Shown piece by piece: positions 57,055 through 64,000 of a stretch of DNA of 64,000 nucleotides. The position numbers were made by a program, and so were the translations under genes. The notes under the pieces are model-generated. The model was given only the letters and a program-made list of their open reading frames with translations, searched no databases and had not been told where the DNA came from. The stretch spans positions 11,220-75,219 of the forward strand of contig PALM01000014.1 in assembly GCA_002706365.1 (NCBI GenBank), given 5' to 3'. The stretch comes from Flavobacteriales bacterium (GTDB taxonomy: Bacteria > Bacteroidota > Bacteroidia > Flavobacteriales_E > Vicingaceae). The stretch's first letter is position 1. Each line of letters starts with the position of its first letter.

Positions 57055-57446
57055 TATTTAAGCCTACTATAAAATTCTATCATTATGAGAATGAAGAAGA
57101 AAGTCTTGGTCGGTATAGAGCCTTGATAGAAGCAAATAGAATGAGATTTCTTCCAATAAACATAGAGAAGGAAGGACTTAGTAATACTAAGCTGATGAAA
57201 ATATCAAGGAAAGTAGATGGCGGCCTTCGAAGTTTGATAAATCACAACAGCCATATCTTTAAGGCAAAACTTGCTGGTAAAAGATATGATCAAGAAGATT
57301 TATTAAGTGTACTCTATGCATATCCTAGAATTTTACATTTACCAATTGCAGAAAGTCGCAAAATGGCCATGAGTATTGCAAATCCCAGAGACTTGCTTAA
57401 ATTTAATAGGATAAAAGAAACACAAGAGACCTTACACATAGAATAA
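57051..57446 (+). CDS. ArsC/Spx-like thioredoxin-fold protein lacking the N-terminal Cys (tentative)
   Basis: ATGA overlap with the previous gene. The layout IKFYHY...(no Cys)...LINHNSHIFK...DLLSVLYAYPRILHLPI parallels the ArsC-family pattern. This is a weak call. Confidence 0.35.
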   Translation: MIFKPTIKFYHYENEEESLGRYRALIEANRMRFLPINIEKEGLSNTKLMKISRKVDGGLRSLINHNSHIFKAKLAGKRYDQEDLLSVLYAYPRILHLPIAESRKMAMSIANPRDLLKFNRIKETQETLHIE

Positions 57447-57463
57447 ACTAAACCAATATTAAA

Positions 57464-57709
57464 ATGGAAAATAACCACAAAATCATCCTTGCAGCTATAA
57501 TTGGCGCAGCGGCAGGTGCTGTTGCCGGACTCTTATTGGCTCCAGGCTCAGGTGAAGAAACAATTGAAGAAGCTAAGAAGAAAGCTGGTGAGCTAAAAAA
57601 AGACCTCAATGAAGGTTTAGAAGAGTTAGCCAATAAGGGCAAAGAGAAGCTAGATCAAATCACCAAAGAAGTGAGTGATGTGATCAAAGAAGCAGAAGCT
57701 AAGTCCTAA
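57464..57709 (+). CDS. YtxH-domain protein
   Basis: N-terminal helix IILAAIIGAAAGAVAGLLLAPGSGEETIEE, then a charged helical region. This is the classic YtxH pattern. Confidence 0.75.
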   Translation: MENNHKIILAAIIGAAAGAVAGLLLAPGSGEETIEEAKKKAGELKKDLNEGLEELANKGKEKLDQITKEVSDVIKEAEAKS

Positions 57710-57719
57710 AGCCTAAAGC

Positions 57720-58076
57720 ATGCAACATAGCGAACATTTTAAAAGCCTCTCAGAGGAGGCCAAGGAGTATATTGAGAATAGGGTTGAATTGGTGCGATTG
57801 GAAGCAATGGATCATTCCTCTTTCCTATTCGCCAACATTACGGCATATATCATACTAGCCGGCACTCTTTTACTTTTCTTGATCAGTTTCTGCTTCTTTG
57901 CAGGGAGTTGGTTAGGCGAGCTATTGGGGTCATTGTGGGCAGGATTTGCCATTGTGGCTGGATTCTATTTGATCCTATTCCTATTACTTATTTGGAAGTT
58001 CACCACTTGGGTGAGTAATCCGATTCAGAATTTCCTTATTCAAAAAATGGAGGAATACCATGCGGATGAAGATTAG
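57720..58076 (+). CDS. Two-TM membrane protein (holin-X / DUF1469-like)
   Basis: An amphipathic N-terminus followed by two long hydrophobic helices. Such genes commonly follow a ytxH-type gene in my recollection. Confidence 0.5.
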   Translation: MQHSEHFKSLSEEAKEYIENRVELVRLEAMDHSSFLFANITAYIILAGTLLLFLISFCFFAGSWLGELLGSLWAGFAIVAGFYLILFLLLIWKFTTWVSNPIQNFLIQKMEEYHADED

Positions 58077-58353
58077 GAATAAGGAAGAGCTAAGAATGGC
58101 CAAAGCTCAGCTTAAGGCCAAGCTTGAATTGAATGAGGAGAGAATCCAAATGGAAATAGAGCATCTCAAAGACCATTACAGCAGGCCTGAAACTTACTTA
58201 CCTGCCAAAAGCTCAACTTCAGAAGACTCCAGCATACTCACGACAACTATAAAAACCCTTGTTTCCAATATTGTATTGGATAAATTGGTTGGTAGCAAGT
58301 CTACATTCATCAACCGACTTGGAAAAATCCTGGTACATTATCTCTTAAAATAA
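58060..58353 (+). CDS. Hypothetical coiled-coil protein
   Basis: 17-nt overlap with the previous gene. The N-terminus NKEELRMAKAQLKAKLELNEERIQMEIEHLK looks coiled-coil. Confidence 0.5.
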   Translation: MRMKIRNKEELRMAKAQLKAKLELNEERIQMEIEHLKDHYSRPETYLPAKSSTSEDSSILTTTIKTLVSNIVLDKLVGSKSTFINRLGKILVHYLLK

Positions 58354-58399
58354 AGGGAATCACATATCTTAGCGTGAATCTTCAATTACCTATTAATCA

Positions 58400-59545
58400 A
58401 TGAAAACCCAACATAACCTCACGCTAGATAAGCTTTGGAAGATACTTCTAACAGGCGTGCTTTTCTTCTATGTGATCATTGTAGCCAAGCAAATCCTTGT
58501 TCCAATTGTATTTGCCTTGTTCATTGCGATCATCTTAAACCCAGTTGTCACCACCCTTTCAAAGAAAGGAGTAAATCAGATACTAGCAATTGCCTTGGTT
58601 TTAGTAGTGATCGCTTTATTGCTGGGAGTTGGAGTATATTATACCAGTATACAATCTAAGAACCTCATTTCAGACATTCCACAACTGACCAGTAAATTCA
58701 AGCAATTTCTCGATAATCTTGAAGCATGGTTTACAGACATCACAGGAATTGCAGCGGCAGATCAATTGCAGATGGCCAAGGAGAATATGGACAACTTCAT
58801 ATCTACCGGAGGTAGTTTTCTAGGCAATGCTGTGGATGCTACATCAAGTTTTCTAACCTTCATTTCAATAGTTCCCATCTATGTATTCTTCATGCTTCTA
58901 TACAAGAAGAACTTCAAGGAATTCTGCATAATGATGGACGATAGCAATGATAACGACAGCTTGATAGACATCATGCAAGAGATCCAAAAGATGGTATACT
59001 CATACATGAGTGGGCTGTTCATTGTAATAACCATAATTGCCACACTTAATTCAGTTGGCTTAATTGTCCTTGGCTTGGACTATGCTATATTCATGGGTAT
59101 TCTTTCAGCCATACTTACCATCATTCCATACATAGGAATAATCCTAGGAGCACTTCTACCTTTATTAGTTGCACTACTCACTAAGGATTCCATTTGGTAT
59201 CCAATGGGAGTTATTGCAGTTTTTGCCGTTGTACAATTCTTGGAGGGAAATTTCATTACTCCAAATATTGTCGGCAATAAGGTGAATGTAAATCCTCTAG
59301 CAGCGATTATTGGATTGCTGATCGGAGGTGCATGTTGGGGAATTGTGGGGATGATCCTTGCCATTCCACTTATGGGAATCACTCAAATCGTTTTCCGTCA
59401 TTTCGACCACTTAAAACCTTATGCTCTTCTTCTTGCATCGCATCATGAGGAGTCTAAGCCTGAAGGAAAACAGATCAAGTTGAATATCAAGAAGATGTTC
59501 AGAAAAACCAAATCAGAGGAAAGTAGTTCTGCTGAGGATCAGTAG
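58400..59545 (+). CDS. AI-2E family transporter (PerM/UPF0118)
   Basis: About 8 TM helices and motifs IPYIGIILGALLP and FLEGNFITPNIVG. Confidence 0.85.
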   Translation: MKTQHNLTLDKLWKILLTGVLFFYVIIVAKQILVPIVFALFIAIILNPVVTTLSKKGVNQILAIALVLVVIALLLGVGVYYTSIQSKNLISDIPQLTSKFKQFLDNLEAWFTDITGIAAADQLQMAKENMDNFISTGGSFLGNAVDATSSFLTFISIVPIYVFFMLLYKKNFKEFCIMMDDSNDNDSLIDIMQEIQKMVYSYMSGLFIVITIIATLNSVGLIVLGLDYAIFMGILSAILTIIPYIGIILGALLPLLVALLTKDSIWYPMGVIAVFAVVQFLEGNFITPNIVGNKVNVNPLAAIIGLLIGGACWGIVGMILAIPLMGITQIVFRHFDHLKPYALLLASHHEESKPEGKQIKLNIKKMFRKTKSEESSSAEDQ

Positions 59546-59548
59546 AAT

Positions 59549-60562
59549 CTAGAATTTCGCACATGGTGCTAAGAATCGTTTGTTTTTCCTTTTGGAGTGC
59601 TTTCCGGCAAATTCATAGATAATAGAGATCTCATGTGCTCCTCCAGAATCTGAGATCAATCTTGATATAGTTACGTCATAACTATATCCAATTCTCAAGT
59701 TCCTATCTGGAATATCAAATCCGATCAAGGCCACAAAAGCATCATTATTCATTACAGCTTCTTCATTTCTTTTGAGCAGAGGAATACCTCTATACCAGAA
59801 TCCGAAAACAAAAGGCGCTTGAGTGAGGTAAGCCCCAAGATCAAGTTGATCGAACCTTCCCTGGCTCTTATAATGGATTGCGGTGTGCAGCTCTTTGGCA
59901 TTTCTGCTTTTGGTAGAACCACTAAGATCGAATCTATAACCCGCATGCACGCTCCATTTCAAAGGTAAAACTGTTTGACCCGCATCTGTCAATAGACTTT
60001 GGTTTGGTTCATTGATATGATTCAAGGAAGTCCCCACCCAGTAGTTTTCATTGTAGATTAAACCACCCCAACTAATATCCGGATAGCTCACATTATCATC
60101 TAGAAAAGCATCTTCATCGGCTGTAAGCTGACTATTACTTTCCAACTGATCATTGAAGACCAATGAGTTGAAATCGATACCTCGCCATACGTAGCCAAAC
60201 TTCAAGCCGGTTTGTATATAAGTCTTTCTATTCAATGCAAATCTATACGCATAAGAAACTGCAAGCACATCAGAGGTGAGACCGAAAGAACCAGCTTCTT
60301 CCCTATTGAAGATCAAACCAAACCCACTATTAAGATCTGCTGCATTGTACTCATAAGTAGCGTGATATGCCTGAAATGCACCGGGAATACTAGGCCATTG
60401 ATTACGGTAATTCATGATCAACCTATGCTCTATGGTTTGACCGGTAAATGCTGGATTAATATAAAGTGGCGCAGCATAAAACTGAGAAAATTGCATATCC
60501 TGAGCTGCTAGTCCCCCCATGGAGAACCACAACAAGATTGATATGACAATTATTCTTTTCAT
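59549..60562 (-). CDS. T9SS PorP/SprF-family outer-membrane protein
   Basis: Signal peptide, then DMQFSQFYAAPLYINPAFTG (family signature), beta-barrel-like sequence, about 337 aa. Confidence 0.85.
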   Translation of the reverse strand: MKRIIVISILLWFSMGGLAAQDMQFSQFYAAPLYINPAFTGQTIEHRLIMNYRNQWPSIPGAFQAYHATYEYNAADLNSGFGLIFNREEAGSFGLTSDVLAVSYAYRFALNRKTYIQTGLKFGYVWRGIDFNSLVFNDQLESNSQLTADEDAFLDDNVSYPDISWGGLIYNENYWVGTSLNHINEPNQSLLTDAGQTVLPLKWSVHAGYRFDLSGSTKSRNAKELHTAIHYKSQGRFDQLDLGAYLTQAPFVFGFWYRGIPLLKRNEEAVMNNDAFVALIGFDIPDRNLRIGYSYDVTISRLISDSGGAHEISIIYEFAGKHSKRKNKRFLAPCAKF

Positions 60563-62151
60563 TGTTCAACCGCTACAGCTGATTCTAAGATGAATTCCTC
60601 TTCTTGTCTTTCCAATAATTCGTCGGTACTATAAGAAAGCGACTTTATATACTCCTCATAATCAGGATGCTTAATGATCAGATCATATTTTAGATCAGGA
60701 TTGACAAGGAAGATAAAACTTCCGTCTTCATCACTCGAAATATAGACTCCTTCAAGATCTCCTGTAGTAGGGTTTATTACAGATATATCTGCCTTTACAG
60801 CATTGCCTTCAGAGTCTTTAACTATGCCTCTGATCACTGATGATCTCAATCGTTTTTCCAAATAATCGATCATGTATATATCATGACTTCCAAATCCTCC
60901 TGCTTTATCAGAGCTGTAATAACCGTGCTGCTCATTGGCAGAGATCACAAAGAAGACATCGTCTTTGGTAGTGTTGGTAGGATAGCCCAGATTTTCTGGT
61001 TCTGACCAAATCCCTTCTTCATCAATTGAGCTTTTGAAAATATCAAAACCACCCATATTCTTATGGCCTTCAGAACTGAAATACAAAGTCTTACCATCAG
61101 GGTGCACAAAAGGACCATCATCATTGTAAGGAGTATTGATCACGGGACCCAGATTCTTTGGCAAGCTCCAACTTCCATCAGGTAACTTCACAACTCTGTA
61201 GATGTCAAATCCACCATAGCCGCCTTCGCGATTTGAAGAAAAATAGAAAGTGCGGCCGTCTAGTGACATAGATGCAGAAGGCTCTATAGACTCAAAATTA
61301 TTGATCTCATTAGGCATAATAACTGGCGTTGTCCATTTCCCATCCTTATGCAATGATTCATAGATATCACCGCCAATTAGATTTTCATTCGATCTAAATA
61401 CGAATAGTCGATCACCTGATGGAGATAGACCCACAGCTGCATCATGCTTGTCTGTATTCACCTGATCTCCAATAGTTCTACTTGTAAGCCATGTATTTAA
61501 TTTGCTCTTTTCACTATAATAGATGTTCTCAAATGGTTCACCGGTTGGATCTAGCTTATTTTCTTCAGTTAATCTGCGTGAAGTATAGATAAGAATAGAC
61601 TCATCTGATGAAATAAGTGGACCGTATTCAGCCTCCTCAGAATTTATCTCAGGACCCAGGTTCAAAATATTCACAACTTCCGGATCGCTCATTAACTCTT
61701 GTGCAGTCTTGATCTTGTTCTTCAAATACTCAATTTCAAAAAGATCGAATTGGGGATCCTTGATGTCGTTCAATTGACTCTCATAACGAACCAAAGTTCG
61801 CATTGCCTCATTTAACTCTTCATTGTACAAATGGATCTCTGCAATTAGATAAAGTGCATCTCTTTTAAAGTCTGCACCTTTTTCCAAGTATGGTCTTGCT
61901 TCTGCAAAACGATCCAAATTGAAGTAAGCGCTTCCCAAATAATAATGTACCTCTGGAAAGTTCTTACTCGCCTCTTCAATTTCCTTATAACTCTTTATAG
62001 CTCCTAGATAATCGCCATATTGATATAAAGATTCAGCTTCAAGAAAGGTCTTCTTCTGTCTTTTGTCAAGTTTGTTGAACTGGGCATTTGCTATGATCGG
62101 ACAAAGCATCACTCCCACAACTAAGCTTACAACTATCTTCTTATTCATCAT
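60559..62151 (-). CDS. TPR + PD40/TolB-like beta-propeller protein with C-terminal carboxypeptidase-regulatory-like domain (no OmpA domain seen)
   Basis: Signal peptide, TPR units (YYLGSAYFNLDRFAEA), repeated PD40-like motifs (GPLISSDESILIYTS, SMSLDGRTFYFSS, PFVHPDGKTLYFSS) and a C-terminal IRGIVKDSEGNAVKADISV. 4-nt overlaps on both sides. Confidence 0.75.
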   Translation of the reverse strand: MMNKKIVVSLVVGVMLCPIIANAQFNKLDKRQKKTFLEAESLYQYGDYLGAIKSYKEIEEASKNFPEVHYYLGSAYFNLDRFAEARPYLEKGADFKRDALYLIAEIHLYNEELNEAMRTLVRYESQLNDIKDPQFDLFEIEYLKNKIKTAQELMSDPEVVNILNLGPEINSEEAEYGPLISSDESILIYTSRRLTEENKLDPTGEPFENIYYSEKSKLNTWLTSRTIGDQVNTDKHDAAVGLSPSGDRLFVFRSNENLIGGDIYESLHKDGKWTTPVIMPNEINNFESIEPSASMSLDGRTFYFSSNREGGYGGFDIYRVVKLPDGSWSLPKNLGPVINTPYNDDGPFVHPDGKTLYFSSEGHKNMGGFDIFKSSIDEEGIWSEPENLGYPTNTTKDDVFFVISANEQHGYYSSDKAGGFGSHDIYMIDYLEKRLRSSVIRGIVKDSEGNAVKADISVINPTTGDLEGVYISSDEDGSFIFLVNPDLKYDLIIKHPDYEEYIKSLSYSTDELLERQEEEFILESAVAVEQ

Positions 62152-64000
62152 CTCAATAACATTAAATCACCTACTTTAACAATTTGCCTGCCATCTACGA
62201 ATTCAGCCTTAACTTTATATACATAAACGTCTTGCTTGCACAGCTCTCCTCGGTAATATCCATTCCAACCAATATTGGGATCTTCCGTTACAAATAGCAA
62301 CTCTCCCCATTTATTGAAAATGTTCAATTCATACTCAGCTACGCCGTTCATCTTGACGTAGAATACATCATTCAATTCGGCTCTTGAGCCAGGATTTACC
62401 CTTCCACTGTTTGGCCCGTTGGGATTAGGAGTAAATGCATTAGGTATTTGCAATTTTCCTTCCAATTTGGCAAAAACCGTATTCGGCAAAAAGAAAGTAT
62501 CAGCGCACCCATTCACCGTATTGGCTATCAAGGAAACTTGGAATTCTCCTTGAGACTGATAATTATGCACTGGGCTTTGCTCTGTAGATGAATTACCATC
62601 GCCAAAATTCCACACATAGCTATCTGCATTAAAGGATGTGTTGGTAAAGACAATTGGATCATTTGGAATGAATACTTCATCCTTATTAGCGAAGAAAGAG
62701 GCTCGTGGTGCTTTGAATACCTTAATGTAAGCTGTCTTTCTTTCCATATCTGTTAGGCCGTTCTCAAATCCTGTAACAGTAAGGGTTACATCATACTCTC
62801 CTTCTCCAAAATACACATGCGTTGGGTTCTCTGCTATAGATGTAATACCGTCTCCAAAATCCCATAGATATGAGCGGGCATATAGACTATTAGATGTAAA
62901 TCTAACTGTCAAAGGCTCACAGCCTCTAGCTGAGTCAGTAAAGTCTGCTATAGGATTAGGGACTAAGATCCTAGCCACTTTTGTAATACTATCTGAACAG
63001 AATTGCGAGCTAGCTACTAACTTCACTAGATAATCTCCCCAAGTACCATAGGTATGAGAACCAGGATTCTGCACGTTTGAAGTTGTTGTATCTCCAAAGT
63101 CCCATCTATAGGTCCAATTTCCAGGACTAGTAGTGTTTGTAAAGTTCACTGTAGCATTTGGGAATGTTTGCTGTGCTGGATTTAGCGTAAAGTCGGGAAT
63201 AGGAGTTGGTCTTACCAATACCTGCTTTACAATGGTATCTGAACAATTAAATAGCGAAGTAGCGATCAATTGCACATTATAGGTGGTATCTGTACTTCCC
63301 GGATTAGTAAATCGATTTGTAGTGATCAAACCATTGGATATACCACCATCGCCAAAGTCCCAAGCGAAGGTGCTGGCTCCAAATGACTGACTTCTAAATG
63401 TCGCATCTACCGGTGCACAGCTATCCGCATCAATAGAGAAATCGGCATTTACTGGTGGATTTACTGTGATGATTCTACTAAAGTTGTCTGTACAACCCTT
63501 GTCAGAAACCACTGTGAGGTTAGCCTGATAATTCACAGGCAATAGTGACGATTGATTCACATATGAATGGCTCACGATATTGGCACAATCCACCAAAGAG
63601 TTCCCATCACCAAAATTCCAGAAACAGCTATCTCTGTTGGTAGACAGATTCGTAAAGTTCACATTCAATGGCTGACAACCTTGATTCACATCTACTGTGA
63701 AATCTGCAATTGGTTGAGCAAAGACATCGATATCCACACTTAAGCTATCGACACAACCATACTGACTAATGACCTTAAGTTGAGTGGTGAATGTGGTATC
63801 ATTCTGACTAGTATTGATAAAAATATGACTAGGATCCTGCAAAGTAGATGCCCCACCATCTCCAAATAACCATTCGTATGTACTTGCTCCAGTAGATTGA
63901 TTTCTGAAGTTTACTGTAAGCGGACTACAACCTGCAGTATCAGAATCAAAATCTGCTACCACTCTAGGGTAGACAGTTATTGTCTTTGTAGCGGTATCTC
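62148..64000 (-). CDS. Multi-PKD adhesin-like protein with T9SS type B (gliding-motility CHU_C) C-terminal domain; 5' end beyond window
   Basis: The frame stays open to position 64000 (DTATKTITVYPRVVADF...). At least seven PKD-like repeats (W[DN]FGDG motifs). C-terminus IPNAFTPNPNG...NDVFYVK...IFNKWGELLF...WNGYY...VYVYKV, typical of the type B sorting domain. Confidence 0.85.
   Translation of the reverse strand, partial: DTATKTITVYPRVVADFDSDTAGCSPLTVNFRNQSTGASTYEWLFGDGGASTLQDPSHIFINTSQNDTTFTTQLKVISQYGCVDSLSVDIDVFAQPIADFTVDVNQGCQPLNVNFTNLSTNRDSCFWNFGDGNSLVDCANIVSHSYVNQSSLLPVNYQANLTVVSDKGCTDNFSRIITVNPPVNADFSIDADSCAPVDATFRSQSFGASTFAWDFGDGGISNGLITTNRFTNPGSTDTTYNVQLIATSLFNCSDTIVKQVLVRPTPIPDFTLNPAQQTFPNATVNFTNTTSPGNWTYRWDFGDTTTSNVQNPGSHTYGTWGDYLVKLVASSQFCSDSITKVARILVPNPIADFTDSARGCEPLTVRFTSNSLYARSYLWDFGDGITSIAENPTHVYFGEGEYDVTLTVTGFENGLTDMERKTAYIKVFKAPRASFFANKDEVFIPNDPIVFTNTSFNADSYVWNFGDGNSSTEQSPVHNYQSQGEFQVSLIANTVNGCADTFFLPNTVFAKLEGKLQIPNAFTPNPNGPNSGRVNPGSRAELNDVFYVKMNGVAEYELNIFNKWGELLFVTEDPNIGWNGYYRGELCKQDVYVYKVKAEFVDGRQIVKVGDLMLLR

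Noticed and set aside
57720-58076. Holin-like membrane protein as evidence of a prophage or lysis cassette
   Set aside because: There is no endolysin, terminase, capsid, tail or integrase gene nearby. The gene sits in a ytxH/dps stress-type cluster, so the holin-family resemblance is most likely structural only.

Overview
This is a dense, mostly housekeeping chromosomal segment with about 62 protein-coding genes and G+C of roughly 40% by eye. It reads as Bacteroidota, probably a Flavobacteriia/Cytophagia-type organism with a type IX secretion system (T9SS). The taxonomic evidence is a moxR-DUF58-batABCDE aerotolerance operon, T9SS type A and type B C-terminal sorting domains, a PorP/SprF gene, a TonB-dependent receptor + DUF4249 pair, and recurrent TAnnTTTG -7 boxes in front of genes. 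The loci run in this order. (1) A TonB receptor / exported HMA protein / Cys-rich protein operon. (2) An SbtA-like permease with a small partner gene and a divergent LysR regulator. (3) icd, a Crp-family regulator, a DinB-family protein, msrA and a GNAT acetyltransferase. (4) The nine-gene, translationally coupled moxR-bat operon. (5) ribBA, then an EEP-family protein. (6) A MacB-type ABC exporter with two FtsX permeases and an adaptor. (7) A methyltransferase, NDH-2, an SDR-like protein, a TPR protein and a sulfotransferase. (8) YdjM / DUF3127 / cyclophilin / RdgB. (9) A 1196-aa LamG/PKD T9SS cargo protein next to a Wzx-type glycan locus. (10) pckA, an exonuclease-GIY-YIG fusion, hsp20 and smpB. 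(11) TonB receptor + DUF4249, an e(P4) phosphatase, lon and a GlmU-like protein. (12) An orphan family-5 substrate-binding lipoprotein + MMPL transporter. (13) A dps-led small-protein stress cluster and an AI-2E transporter. (14) A T9SS type-B cargo / TPR-PD40 / PorP-SprF operon that runs off the right edge. I recognised no rRNA, tRNA, CRISPR array, transposase, integrase or prophage. The structure least explained by gene annotation is a family of period-7 tandem repeat arrays (units TCTAGNN, TTTCNGA, GAGTCCA). They sit at gene boundaries, donate TAG stop codons and E-[SP]-R-[TS] tails to three unrelated genes, bracket one gene on both sides, and appear inside the 3' end of one bat-operon gene. 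Other candidates for a second look are a DUF3127 protein with a full SSB-like architecture ending in DDLPF, the orphan SBP + MMPL pair, and the SbtA-like permease whose partner is not PII-like. I see no clear novel multi-gene system such as a defence island. All product names come from motif and architecture recognition by eye, and no searches were run. Start codons and repeat boundaries are good to a few nucleotides only.
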